This document shows, one piece after another, positions 51,651 through 62,622 of a DNA stretch of 64,000 bases (position 1 is the first letter of the stretch; each line of letters begins with the position of its first letter). Below the pieces are notes generated by a model, which was given only the letters and a program-made list of their open reading frames with translations, was not told where the DNA came from and did no database searches. A program made the position numbers and the translations under genes. Source of the DNA: Meyerozyma guilliermondii (lineage: Eukaryota); NCBI GenBank assembly GCA_051546255.1, contig CP128819.1, forward strand, positions 496,001 through 560,000, written 5' to 3'.

Positions 51651-52823
51651 CTAAGAAGACTCAATTTCGCCTAATAGATGTCCAACAGTGAGGTAACCCA
51701 CACTGAAGTTGTCCATATCAATTATAGCGCGAAGGAGCTTCAAACGCAATTTTTTGAGCTCGGCTGCCTTAGCTTCTGGAGGAATCTTCACGAAAGCTCC
51801 AACGTCGGAGATAAGACACCGTTCGAGCGATGCCTGAACCAATTCCTCATCAGTCAAGTCCCACACATTTCCGTTGCCGTTCAAACCGCTTAGATAGTAG
51901 TTATCGACTACTAAATAATTGTAGTACCGATGAAGCTTGTTGCGCAAGTATGATTCGGGATAAAATGCACTGGGAAGGTACTTGCTGCGCAAGCCTAGTT
52001 GACCAGTTAGCGGTACCAATGACTCATATGGAATGTTATACGCCGTTTCAAGCGCCCAATCTTCGACTTTACTTTCATCTGACCTAAGCTGTCTAACTTT
52101 TGCGGCACTTTTAGAGTCCCACAAGCGTGGGAGAATTGAGGGAAGTACGCACGTCAGCGGAGTGATTTCAGGAAATACATAGCAAAGAATGGGGGTCATT
52201 TCCACAAAAATCATGAATATGACAGCAAATGCAGGTAGTTTTATGAAATCTTTCAGGGTTCTGTTTATCAATTGGAACTGAGACCGAGATATGTTGAATA
52301 GCTGTTCATCGTAAACGACATCCACCTTGTCATTTTTGACAACGTCGCCTTTGGTGGCCAAACGAATTTGTTCATTCTCGATCTTGTTCATGTACAATGC
52401 TTGAGTTAGCTCGAAAACAAGTTTGGAAAAGCTGGGCACTTTCAAATTGACACTTTGTCCCTTATTATCCACCTGGTTTTGAATCTTGAACTCGGTTTTC
52501 ATTAATTGGTTCATTTCTCGCTTATTGTTCCAAACGTTACGTACACCTTCTTTGTAGAACCGAAACACAGCTTTACCATAAGCTGTTGTCTGGGAAAGTT
52601 TGAGTCCCCAGCCACTTTTCTGAGGGTTTTCGACCCGAACTTGTTCATACAATTCGGCTTTTGACTTCATTTGGATGGGTAACGTTGATAACGCATTGAC
52701 AGCAACGTCATCTTTTTCAGTACTTCCATGCCATATAGATTTCACCAAGTTGGTCCTTTGCCTCCTTAGAGCTGCCCCGGAAGCCGAGAGCTCGTACAAC
52801 CTGCCAGCAGTTGCCAAACTCAT
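51651..52823 (-). CDS. LETM1-domain mitochondrial protein, Pnt1-like
   Basis: YGKAVFRFYKEGVRNVW...ISRSQFQLINRT.KDFIKLP.F...E.TP...P.TCVLP pattern and a presequence-like N-terminus. Confidence 0.7.
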   Translation of the reverse strand: MSLATAGRLYELSASGAALRRQRTNLVKSIWHGSTEKDDVAVNALSTLPIQMKSKAELYEQVRVENPQKSGWGLKLSQTTAYGKAVFRFYKEGVRNVWNNKREMNQLMKTEFKIQNQVDNKGQSVNLKVPSFSKLVFELTQALYMNKIENEQIRLATKGDVVKNDKVDVVYDEQLFNISRSQFQLINRTLKDFIKLPAFAVIFMIFVEMTPILCYVFPEITPLTCVLPSILPRLWDSKSAAKVRQLRSDESKVEDWALETAYNIPYESLVPLTGQLGLRSKYLPSAFYPESYLRNKLHRYYNYLVVDNYYLSGLNGNGNVWDLTDEELVQASLERCLISDVGAFVKIPPEAKAAELKKLRLKLLRAIIDMDNFSVGYLTVGHLLGEIESS

Positions 52824-52923
52824 CGTGGCAGAATTTCCACTTGCAACTATATCAGAAATATTTCGCGCGCGATCAGATTACATTTACGTTCTACACGATC
52901 AAATTACATTGCATTCTACAACG

Positions 52924-53997
52924 ATGCTGGCACCAACCCGTAGAATCACCACACAAAAAGATTTGGAAATTTGGAAACAATCTCAAACGTTTACTGAGCT
53001 ATTAACCTTTATAAAAGTGCTTCAAGAGCTGGTTTATGGCTTGACAAATGATGCGGAAGTTAAGGAAAGCTCCATTGTAACGAAGCTCCAAAAGTTGGTT
53101 GATCATATAGAGAGCATTGCGAACAGGAATCCAGTTCAGCAAGACAAGAACTCGTCAAGGTTTGGAAAAGTTGAGTTTCGAGACTTTTACGATGATGTCA
53201 AGGACCATTCAGCTGAAATAATCACCGAGTTGTCATCTACAATTGAACCCCAGAATTTGATTGAACTACAAACATACTTAACAGAGTCTTTTGGAAACAG
53301 AACGCGAATAGACTATGGATCTGGTCACGAGTTGAACTTCATTTGCTTTCTTTTCTGTCTTGATAAGCTAGGAATACTTCAAGAAGCAGACTATTCAGCA
53401 TTGATATTAAAAGTGTTCACTCGCTACATTGCAGTGATGAGACATCTTCAGAAAGAGTACTGGCTAGAGCCCGCTGGATCTCATGGAAAATGGGGTCTCG
53501 ATGACTATCACTTTCTTCCATTTTTGTTCGGTGCTTCTCAGCTTGCACCACACCCATATATGAAGCCAAAGCTGATTCATAACGAAGAACTCGTGGAGGA
53601 ACTATACACCAAGTATATGTATCTTGAATGCGTTCAGTTCGTCAATGTTATCAAATCCAATCCTATGAATGGGGGCCAGAAATTGTCTCTCAGAATGCAC
53701 TCACCAATGCTTGACGATATACTGGCTGCGAAATCGTGGAAAAAGATAAAAGAAGGCATGGTGAAACTGTACGAAGCCGATGTGTTGGGGAAACTCCCCA
53801 TTATGCAACATCTTATGTTTGGGGAGCTCATCAAATGCCCTGATGGAATTGAAACCAGTGAGGTTGCGGAAGACGAACACGGCCATGTTCACACCTACGA
53901 CGCTGCGAATACTTGGGGAGATTGCTGTGGCATAAGACTTCCCAGCGCATATGCTGCTGCTGAGTCGAATAAGCCCAGACCCGTACCATTTGACTAA
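52924..53997 (+). CDS. RRD2: PP2A activator PTPA
   Basis: SRFGKVEFRDF, FGNRTRIDYGSGHELNF, YWLEPAGSHG.WGLDDY and the Rrd2-type tail WGDCCGI.LPSA. ATG at 52924. Confidence 0.92.
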   Translation: MLAPTRRITTQKDLEIWKQSQTFTELLTFIKVLQELVYGLTNDAEVKESSIVTKLQKLVDHIESIANRNPVQQDKNSSRFGKVEFRDFYDDVKDHSAEIITELSSTIEPQNLIELQTYLTESFGNRTRIDYGSGHELNFICFLFCLDKLGILQEADYSALILKVFTRYIAVMRHLQKEYWLEPAGSHGKWGLDDYHFLPFLFGASQLAPHPYMKPKLIHNEELVEELYTKYMYLECVQFVNVIKSNPMNGGQKLSLRMHSPMLDDILAAKSWKKIKEGMVKLYEADVLGKLPIMQHLMFGELIKCPDGIETSEVAEDEHGHVHTYDAANTWGDCCGIRLPSAYAAAESNKPRPVPFD

Positions 53998-54025
53998 AGT
54001 TACTATATATTACAATCATCATTAT

Positions 54026-55504
54026 TTACTCAGTGTAGCCAATTGTAGTGACTAGCAATATATTTCTGGGAATGGCAGCCACCATGGGAGAAAGCACCTT
54101 CATTTTGCCGCGAGCCTCGTCAACCCGAGAAACATGAATGTAGCCAAGAACACAAGTGTTCAAGAGATCTTTTGGTTGCTTGTTATTTTGAGGTAATTGG
54201 GTAATTGCAATGATCAAGTTTTCTAGCTTAGAAGCATCGGGGTCCTCAAGAGCCGTGTAAAACTTGTCCATAGAATTTTCATCTTTCTTTCGATCTTCAT
54301 CCATATCGTCTGTAGTGTATGAATCTCCTGAGGGTAAAAATGAAAGGCTCGGATTGAAATCCAGACTCAATACTCCTTTGAAGTACCTAAAGTCCTTTAC
54401 GTCAACTTCAGTCTTGAATGGAGATAACGGCGTTTTTCTGTCACCATTAAAATACTCCTTGATTGTCTCTTCCTGGCATTGCCTAATAAACGAATCGTCA
54501 AGCTCGACAACTCCTCCACTTTTCGGAATTTTCACCATCGCCAATTGTGAGTTGGAAATTTTGTGCTTGAACTTCTTTCTCAAATCAATGAGTAAACGTT
54601 CATTGTCAACAACCACAACGACATTGACTTCGAAATCAGAAACAATGTTTTCTATAACGTTGATATCCTTGATGTTCAATGCCGGAGTATCAATTATAAC
54701 ACCACTGTTTCGAACATCAGCATCCTCTTCGAGTCGGCTCATCACCACAACTCCCAATTTCGAAACCTGGTACTTGTAGAGCTCCAAGTTATCGGTGGGC
54801 GAGAGAAAGCCAAAGTTTTTCACCACTGGTTGTTTGGGATTATGGACGGCAGAACCAGAAGTTGTAGTTCCTCCATAACCATTGGCACTTTCCAAGTCAA
54901 AAGTGTCACTAATGGGCGTTGCAGTCAACGATCCAGGAAGAGAAAAAACACCGTCTCGGGGATTGAGGTTCACCAACACTGGATGGTGGTCCATTTTGTA
55001 AGCATACGATGACAATATTCTCGCCAAGGCCGTTTTACCAGCTGACCTGTTTCCCAATATAAGCACTCTAGGTCCTGACCTCGGTGAACTAGGATTCAAA
55101 TAGTTGTAGTCTGCTGTTTCCTGGCGATAACTTTCGAGCGCCATATGCAAATTTATATACTGATTCATTGGAGTGTCTTCACTAATGTACTCGCTGATAT
55201 CAGTACTGTCGCTACTACCTGGAGCTTGGTCTCTATTGATCCGCGTAGAGTACTCCACTGTACATCCCTCGGGTAAAGGAGCATATAAGGCATACTTAAC
55301 CCCCGTTAATTGAACGGGTACATTTAGGGGAAGTTCGGTTCCAAATATTTCACCCACGCCTTCAGTCACTTTGAGGCTTAAAATGGTCTTGAAAGGAACC
55401 TCAAACCTCCACTCGGACTTACCTTCCAAGTGAAAGGTGGTGGCATTGGTTTCCGAGAGATCTTCTACAGGATTTTCATCTCCACCAAACCCAGGAATAG
55501 ACAT
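54026..55504 (-). CDS. CLP1: CF IA subunit Clp1
   Basis: [16 protein letters not shown]-loop [17 protein letters not shown] and GVIIDTP. Confidence 0.93.
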   Translation of the reverse strand: MSIPGFGGDENPVEDLSETNATTFHLEGKSEWRFEVPFKTILSLKVTEGVGEIFGTELPLNVPVQLTGVKYALYAPLPEGCTVEYSTRINRDQAPGSSDSTDISEYISEDTPMNQYINLHMALESYRQETADYNYLNPSSPRSGPRVLILGNRSAGKTALARILSSYAYKMDHHPVLVNLNPRDGVFSLPGSLTATPISDTFDLESANGYGGTTTSGSAVHNPKQPVVKNFGFLSPTDNLELYKYQVSKLGVVVMSRLEEDADVRNSGVIIDTPALNIKDINVIENIVSDFEVNVVVVVDNERLLIDLRKKFKHKISNSQLAMVKIPKSGGVVELDDSFIRQCQEETIKEYFNGDRKTPLSPFKTEVDVKDFRYFKGVLSLDFNPSLSFLPSGDSYTTDDMDEDRKKDENSMDKFYTALEDPDASKLENLIIAITQLPQNNKQPKDLLNTCVLGYIHVSRVDEARGKMKVLSPMVAAIPRNILLVTTIGYTE

Positions 55505-55647
55505 GGTTAGTGAGAATCAAGTCGAATTCGCAACAAGCGACATCGCGGCCGGCATATAGACGGCGATGAAGAAGAACACCACTACGTCTGCTACAAGTTT
55601 GTTGGAAGTCATAATAAAGCCTGCTTTATCCTATTAATTCTGTGGCC

Positions 55648-56583
55648 CTACACACTTGAGAAGTCAAGCTTTTTAGGGCGAATTTGGCGTTGTCTCTCCA
55701 GCAACTCCACCACCTTCTTCTCTCCAGTTCTCGAGTTGATGTATTCAGCATGGGTACTGTAGTCCACATCAGACTTGGGCACATGAGTCAGTCGGGAACT
55801 TGACCCAGGGACCGAGACAAATGGATTTGTTAGCTCTTTGCGCTGTGCTCGAAGCTCATTTACCTCTACTTCGTCTGCAATAAAAGTGTCATTTCTCGAT
55901 TTTCCGTGCCATTCATTGATGAGCTCATCGTCTATCATCTGCTTGCGTGGCGTCATGGGCATCTTGCGGTGTCCTTTGGATGGAGACTCGGGTTCGTAAG
56001 CCATCTTGGGTTGTGCTTTCAAGTTCGACGAGAAGATGAACGAGGCCTGCTTGGGAGGCAGAGAAAAGACGTCTGAGTACTGCGTAGTGGTTGCATCATC
56101 GGAATCGTCCTCAAAATGCAAATTATCATTCAACGCAGCAATTGCTTCAATTGACACTGGCGGAGGCTTGAGATGAGGCCGCGCAGTTCCTGATTTTCTG
56201 CCTGATCCTACGGTTGAAGGCGTGGGCAAAAACAACCCAAAGGATGAATCGCGAGCAGGTGTTTCAAAGAGTCCCACCTCAGCTTCTGATACATGACTCT
56301 TCCGCCTACGATGGGTCTTTCTGGGCGACTTGTAGGGCGTTGGATCCGGGCTGGCTAAAAAATTTCCGTTTGACTTTTGCACGGATGATGGAGTTTGTAG
56401 AAAGTTGCGCACTCGCTTTGAGTGTGACAGTGTACTGGGAGTTTGCAAGTGACTTTTCTCTTTTTTATTGGGGGTTTGTGGAAACAACGTCTCCTGAGTG
56501 GAACATGAGATATCTGAGATGTGAACCTGTGGTCTATTTTTGGAACTCCGTGGAGGAGTTTGGGGTTCTATGAATGGATTCAT
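55648..56583 (-). CDS. Disordered CDK-inhibitor-like protein (Sic1/Rum1/Candida Sol1-like)
   Basis: Many TP/SP sites in the N-terminal half, an NPF motif and a C-terminal YINSRTGEKKVVEL.ERQRQIRPKKLDF resembling the Sic1 inhibitory tail. Confidence 0.65.
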   Translation of the reverse strand: MNPFIEPQTPPRSSKNRPQVHISDISCSTQETLFPQTPNKKEKSHLQTPSTLSHSKRVRNFLQTPSSVQKSNGNFLASPDPTPYKSPRKTHRRRKSHVSEAEVGLFETPARDSSFGLFLPTPSTVGSGRKSGTARPHLKPPPVSIEAIAALNDNLHFEDDSDDATTTQYSDVFSLPPKQASFIFSSNLKAQPKMAYEPESPSKGHRKMPMTPRKQMIDDELINEWHGKSRNDTFIADEVEVNELRAQRKELTNPFVSVPGSSSRLTHVPKSDVDYSTHAEYINSRTGEKKVVELLERQRQIRPKKLDFSSV

Positions 56584-56752
56584 CGTGCCTAGCTTAGATT
56601 AAGATCTCGAGTCAGCAGGATATTAGCAAAATTATGCACTGATCCAATGGCTGGCTGAGTTTCGCACGCGTCTATTTTTTTAAATTAAAAAAGGGTGCGA
56701 CACTTTTGCGACAATGTATACAGGACGGTTGCGATGGCTGCGAAAATTGACT

Positions 56753-58576
56753 CTATTGGAATGTATGTACGCTATTGAGGTTGAACTTTCGCCGTACTAC
56801 CGCTTTTCCAAAACACTTTTCAAGCGTCTCAAAAAACTCGTTGACCTTCTCTTTGTCCTTGGAGGTTCGTAAAATCTCATTTTGTGTTAGATCAAGTGTG
56901 GTAATTTTAGCAGTGCCTGGAAGTCGGTCGCAAAGTATTCCTGTTATAGTATTTCCCTTAAGAAACACCTCTCTTATACCTGAGAAGGGTGTCAAGTTTA
57001 GCAGTCCTGTGAGTAGATTGTTTTCAAGGGAAATGGTTTGGAGTGAACGAGGAAACTTGACGTCACCAATACGGGAAATGTAATTCTCATCCAAAACTAG
57101 TGATGTTAAAGAAACGTCTAAGCCCTGAAACAATGGGGTTTTAACTGAATTGAGTTCTGTTAAATTGTTTTCACTCAAATTGAGCGATTGCAAGTTTTTT
57201 GGTGGCACCCATTCTTGAAGTGTTTTTATGCGATTGTAGACCAATTCCAATTTCAGGAGATGATTAAGCTGGGTCCAATCTACCCCATTTCCGTTATATG
57301 TACAAATATTGTCTATGCGATTTCCCGAGATTGAAAGACTTGTCAAGTTTTCCGGAAATTTGAAGTGCTCCAAGCTACTTATATTACATCCGTCCATATT
57401 GAGCTTGGTAAGAGTAGACGGAAATTCGATGCGGTTGACCAGATTGGTGTACTTGAACCTGTCATTTCCAGTCAAAAACAATGTTTTCAAGTTCCTAGGA
57501 AAGACAAAGTATGGGTAAGGCGCAGAATTTGCAACCTCGAGTCGAGTAAAGTGGTTTTGTGAAAGATCGAGGTAATGCAAGTCGGCGGGAAGTGACTTTA
57601 AGGAACTCAAAAAGTGGATTTGGTTAACGTCTAGCCTTAATCTTTGAAGATTCTGAGGCCAAGAAGCCATAGAATCAAATGATTTATCGTTCAAAGCGTT
57701 GCCATGGAGTAAGATTGTTTTCAAATAGGGCGGCCACGACCCAACTATGTTGCTAATGGTGTTACTGGAAAGGTCCAAAGTTTCCAAGCTAGGTGGTAAA
57801 TGAGACACACTCAATTCTTTCAACTTGTTATGAGTCAATTGAAGGGTTTTGAGAGACTTGGGAAACTTCATCGACACTAACAAATTGTCATCGATTCCTG
57901 ATCGATTTAAGAATAAGTCTCTAATGTGGGGAGGAAATGTCATAGTACTGATATCAGTATTTGGGTTCCATGAAATGTCTAAGACTGTCACGGACAAAGG
58001 AAACACAACACGAGACCAATCCCTGATCTGGTGCCCCAAAATAACCAATTGGTCTAGAGATATACATTTTTGGAGATTTTGTGCCAATGAGTCTCCGCAC
58101 AGACCCAAGGTTATGCCACCAACCTGCAACTTTGTTAAGTGAGGAATGGAAAGAACAAAGTCCAACTCTTCAGAAGTCAAGTTGTAGCTTTCTATTAGCA
58201 CCTCTACACGCTGGATATGTTTTTCAAACCGCTCAGCATGTTTTTCAAAAAGAGATCGCAATGATGAAAAATCTCCATGGGTAATTACAGCCACGGTACG
58301 AGGATTTATATCGGGGTTTTCCAACAAAAAGTCATCAGCATCGGCAAATGTGGTGAAATCTATAAGGTCAGAACGGGAACTGCAAGGATGAGGTCGTCTG
58401 GTGGGAGACAAGACGAAATGAACTTCGCGAGCATAAACCTCATTAATAATCGTTTGACGAAGATTGGCAACTTTCAAAAGGAATTGAATATGGTCCGAGT
58501 CCAAATATTGTATTATCTCGCCAATCAACTGTTCTGGGAGCTGCGGTAGATATTGGTGAAGAAACTGGACCTCCAT
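56753..58576 (-). CDS. F-box-like + leucine-rich-repeat protein
   Basis: N-terminal LPQLPEQLIGEIIQYL followed by many FP.SL..L.LS.N.I repeats. Confidence 0.85.
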   Translation of the reverse strand: MEVQFLHQYLPQLPEQLIGEIIQYLDSDHIQFLLKVANLRQTIINEVYAREVHFVLSPTRRPHPCSSRSDLIDFTTFADADDFLLENPDINPRTVAVITHGDFSSLRSLFEKHAERFEKHIQRVEVLIESYNLTSEELDFVLSIPHLTKLQVGGITLGLCGDSLAQNLQKCISLDQLVILGHQIRDWSRVVFPLSVTVLDISWNPNTDISTMTFPPHIRDLFLNRSGIDDNLLVSMKFPKSLKTLQLTHNKLKELSVSHLPPSLETLDLSSNTISNIVGSWPPYLKTILLHGNALNDKSFDSMASWPQNLQRLRLDVNQIHFLSSLKSLPADLHYLDLSQNHFTRLEVANSAPYPYFVFPRNLKTLFLTGNDRFKYTNLVNRIEFPSTLTKLNMDGCNISSLEHFKFPENLTSLSISGNRIDNICTYNGNGVDWTQLNHLLKLELVYNRIKTLQEWVPPKNLQSLNLSENNLTELNSVKTPLFQGLDVSLTSLVLDENYISRIGDVKFPRSLQTISLENNLLTGLLNLTPFSGIREVFLKGNTITGILCDRLPGTAKITTLDLTQNEILRTSKDKEKVNEFFETLEKCFGKAVVRRKFNLNSVHTFQ

Positions 58577-60006
58577 AATGGTACATTGCCAAGTATCCTC
58601 TTAGTCATCATCAAGAGAACATTTCACTGCATACAGGAAGAGGTTTACCAACGAGGCTCAATTATCAATGCAGCAACTACAAGCCGAACGGAAAGAATAA
58701 GAGGTCGGAGCCCTAACCCGTTTTAGAAACGGGGTCGGCGATAGCATCTCCGAATTAAAGGAGAGCTATTGGCTGTGTGCAGTTCTTATCTAGACGAGGG
58801 GTTGAAGCGGGGATTGCTGAATGGCCACGGAAGAAGGAAGAGGTGGATGTTTGGAATACTTGGGTGGTGAAATGTGGGGAAGGACTGCAAATGGTGGTGG
58901 TGGGAACTTGCCGATGAAAAAGGTCAAGATATAACCTTATTAGGAGAATTTCCGGAAGTCGCACCGCTAAATTTTGTGGGGAAATTTCACGGAAAATAGC
59001 GACAAAGAGCTCGGTAAGAGAGTCAGAAATAATCTCATCAACTTTTAGTTTACCACCAAAAATGCATATTGGGCTGATGACCTAGCTTATTTGAGTTGAT
59101 GGCACCTCCGTAGTTGTACTCTCTTATCTGCGCGGCTGTACTATTAGACCCCCAATGCAGCATTTTCTTGGCTCATATGTAAGCACTAAACGTCACCGTC
59201 ACTTTGGACGAATATTATCTTAGATAATAATATTGCTCATGGTGATTAATAATTGTGGTTAGTAACCCTAAGAATTGAGCAATCTTTGCGTTCTTTTTCA
59301 AATCTTTAGTGTCCCTCCGCCAATATGCTTTTTGGATTGGGAAACTCCAAGTGTGCGGCTGCAGCAACGACTACGAAAAATCAACTTCGTCACCTTGTGG
59401 GTGAAAAACTATGATATATCATCCAAAAATACAACATCTAAACTCATGTTCCTATTAAAATTAAACAAATTTCTCTGAGAAAATTCCGCCTCTTGTAGCT
59501 CCATTGACCATGTAGCATAAGCCTCGGGCATAGCAGCCGGGTGTTTCGCACCGGGTGTCACACCCAAACACCCACCAACATATGAACCGACAAAAAATTC
59601 ACTATCCCAAACAACCGCAAGAGGTTTGAGTCGTCAAGTTCTAATAAACTTTTGAGCCCGTTTGGGACCCCTAGACGACCGCAGCATACTGTACCAGGAG
59701 CAACAAGAACTGTGTTGTGCATTTACCACCGAAAACTTCAGAACTAGAACCTCGGATTAATTTGCCGAACACAGCGTGAGAACCAGCCGTTTGTGAGGTT
59801 GAACTTATTGTAAAGATATCGAATTCCAACCAATACTGTTGACTGGTCCACCCTTGTATTGAGCAATAGGTACCAGTACTGGCCACGGCATCGATTGATT
59901 ATACGATAAAAACTGATTAGTACCTTGTTTGTGCACACAGAGTTACATTTTGCATTTGTACTCACTCCCTCCCTCTCCCACAAAGTCAAATTGAGCCGCG
60001 ACCGCG

Positions 60007-61011
60007 ATGGATAAACTTCTCTCATCGTTCTTCTGCTGCTCGGTTGACACAAAAGACGACACAGACGACCGATACCACCGGCAATCGTCCCGCAAGTCCA
60101 ACGTGACAGACACCAATTCCAATTCGGGGAAGTCCCCGTCGCCCCGAAGGTCGAAGAATAGCCTGGGAACAACAGCTAAGAACACCACTAGCACAAAGCC
60201 GACTCTGGCGACAGAAAACGGCAAGCATCAAGTTGATATCCTGAAGGAGGAGCATTCAGTCAATGATACCGACACCATGGCTAATACGAACGAATCCAAC
60301 CCTAACACTCCTATAGGTACCAACAAGACTGTTGCTGATGTGGGCAATAAGACTGACGAGTCCGACGATATAAACGTTGAAGGTCAGACCGACGACCTGA
60401 GCTCGTTTATGGACCTCACCAAAATGCAAGAAGGGCAAAAATACGACGAGGAATCCGGATGGCTTTTGGGTATCCAGCCCAAAGAGTTCAAAGGAAAGAA
60501 ATGTCTCATTCTTGATTTGGATGAGACCTTGGTCCATTCGTCCTTCAAGTACTTGAGAACAGCAGATTTTGTCATCCCAGTGGAGATTGACAATCAGATA
60601 CAGCATGTTTATGTGATAAAGCGGCCTGGTGTAGACGAGTTTCTCAAGAAAGTGGGCCAGTGGTTTGAAGTGGTTGTTTTTACGGCTTCAGTTCTGAAGT
60701 ATGGAAATCCACTTTTGGACAAATTGGATATTCACAAGTCTGTTCACCATCGTCTTTTCCGTGACTCTTGCTACATTTATCAAGGCAATTTCATCAAGAA
60801 CTTATCCCAGATTGGCCGGCCTTTGAGTGAGTCGATAATCATTGATAATTCGCCTGCTTCGTACATCTTTCATCCCCAACATTCTATTCCAATCTCCAGT
60901 TGGTTCAGCGATACGCATGACAACGAATTGATTGATTTATTACCATTCTTGGAAGATATCTCCAAGCCTAATGTTGATGATGTGGGACTCGTTCTAGATA
61001 TCACCCAGTAG
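60007..61011 (+). CDS. PSR1: Plasma-membrane HAD/CTD-small-phosphatase-like protein Psr1/2
   Basis: N-terminal [28 protein letters not shown] and [10 protein letters not shown]. Confidence 0.93.
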   Translation: MDKLLSSFFCCSVDTKDDTDDRYHRQSSRKSNVTDTNSNSGKSPSPRRSKNSLGTTAKNTTSTKPTLATENGKHQVDILKEEHSVNDTDTMANTNESNPNTPIGTNKTVADVGNKTDESDDINVEGQTDDLSSFMDLTKMQEGQKYDEESGWLLGIQPKEFKGKKCLILDLDETLVHSSFKYLRTADFVIPVEIDNQIQHVYVIKRPGVDEFLKKVGQWFEVVVFTASVLKYGNPLLDKLDIHKSVHHRLFRDSCYIYQGNFIKNLSQIGRPLSESIIIDNSPASYIFHPQHSIPISSWFSDTHDNELIDLLPFLEDISKPNVDDVGLVLDITQ

Positions 61012-61206
61012 ACTTAAGCAGGACTTAGGCTTGGGAACCTACACTCAAATGATCCCTAGATTCCCAATCATTCCTATAGAAGGCGGAATTGCTATTACAT
61101 CCTAGATAGAACGGTACCTTAACACCTAATTTTAATAGACGTACTGCAGACAATTTTGGGGCATCGCATCGCATTGAATTTTGGATTCTTCGCTCTTGTA
61201 ACCACC

Positions 61207-62592
61207 ATGAAAGTAAAGACCATAAACAGGTCTTCGGACACATATGTGCCTGTAAGAAACACACAAGAGTCTGCTCTCCCGCGGAACTTGAATCCTGCTC
61301 TCCATCCTTTTGAAAGAGCAAGAGAATATACAAAAGCACTCACCGCGACAAAAATGGAGAGGATGTTTGCTCAGCCTTTTGTGGGCCAATTGGGAAATGG
61401 ACACCGGGATGGAATATATTGCATTGCCAGAAACTTTGCTACCACCAACCAGGTCGCCACTGGATCGGGAGATGGTGTAATAAAGTATTGGGACATGTCG
61501 CTGCGACAAGAAACTGCTAGTTTTAGGGCTCATAGAGGCATGGTTAGTGGACTATGTGTAACTCCTGGGACTTCTACGATGATCTCGTGTGGAGACGACA
61601 AAACTATCAAGATGTGGAGTGTCAAGTCTACCGATTTTGAGGGAAATGATGACAATGAAGTTTACAATCAGGGTCAAGGGCTCGTCAAGACATACTTAGC
61701 TGAGCATTCTCTCAAAGGTTTAGATCACCATCGAGAAGATCCGGTGTTTGTTACCGGAGGAGCACTGATTCAGCTTTGGGATGTCAACAGAAACAACTAT
61801 ATTCTGAATCTTAGTTGGGGTGCCGATAACGTCAATTCTGTCAAGTTCAACCGCACTCAAACCAACATTATAGCATCGTGCGGGTCGGACAATTCGATTG
61901 TATTATATGATATCAGAACCAATACCGCCATACAAAAGGTGGTCACTAGCATGCGGACAAATGCTCTTTCTTGGAATCCAATGGAGGCATTCAATTTTGC
62001 CAGTGCTAACGAAGACCATAACGCCTACTTGTGGGACATGAGAAAACTCGATCGATCCCTTAATGTGTACAAGAATCATGTTTCTGCAGTGATGGACGTT
62101 GACTTCTCTCCTACTGGTGAGGAGGTGGTTACCGGATCCTACGACAAGACACTTCGTATCTTCAGAACCAGAGAAGGACATCTGAGAGAGATCTACCACA
62201 CCAAGAGAATGCAGCATATTTTTTCAGTTAGCTACACCACTGATGCTCGGTACATATTGTCAGGGTCTGACGATACCAATGTTAGAGTATGGCGAACCAA
62301 TGCCTCAGATAGACTGGCTATCAAGTCGGCTAGACACCGGTCTAAGCTTGAATACGATGCAGCCTTAAAGGAAAGATTCAAGCATATGCCTGAAATCAAG
62401 CGTATTGCGAGACACCGTCACTTGCCTACGGTGGTGAAGAAGGCAGGTGAGATCAAGAGGGTGGAATTAGAGGCTTTGAAGAGAAGAGAAGATAACGATA
62501 GAAGACACTCTCGGCCTGGATCCAAGCCGTACATTCCTGAAAGACGCAAGCATGTAAGAGGCACGGCGATCAAGGATGATGGAGAAAAGTAG
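61207..62592 (+). CDS. SOF1: U3 snoRNP WD40 protein Sof1 (DCAF13)
   Basis: MKVKTINRS, HPFERAREY, FAQPF, YHTKRMQ and IARHRHLP. Confidence 0.97.
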   Translation: MKVKTINRSSDTYVPVRNTQESALPRNLNPALHPFERAREYTKALTATKMERMFAQPFVGQLGNGHRDGIYCIARNFATTNQVATGSGDGVIKYWDMSLRQETASFRAHRGMVSGLCVTPGTSTMISCGDDKTIKMWSVKSTDFEGNDDNEVYNQGQGLVKTYLAEHSLKGLDHHREDPVFVTGGALIQLWDVNRNNYILNLSWGADNVNSVKFNRTQTNIIASCGSDNSIVLYDIRTNTAIQKVVTSMRTNALSWNPMEAFNFASANEDHNAYLWDMRKLDRSLNVYKNHVSAVMDVDFSPTGEEVVTGSYDKTLRIFRTREGHLREIYHTKRMQHIFSVSYTTDARYILSGSDDTNVRVWRTNASDRLAIKSARHRSKLEYDAALKERFKHMPEIKRIARHRHLPTVVKKAGEIKRVELEALKRREDNDRRHSRPGSKPYIPERRKHVRGTAIKDDGEK

Positions 62593-62622
62593 GATGAAGA
62601 GAATTGGTTGAATTTGAGACAT

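Noticed and set aside
58577..60006. Possible telomerase RNA, tRNA or snRNA in large intergenic gaps
   Set aside because: No template repeat, cloverleaf/B-box context or snRNA signature recognised by eye; an Rfam scan would be needed.
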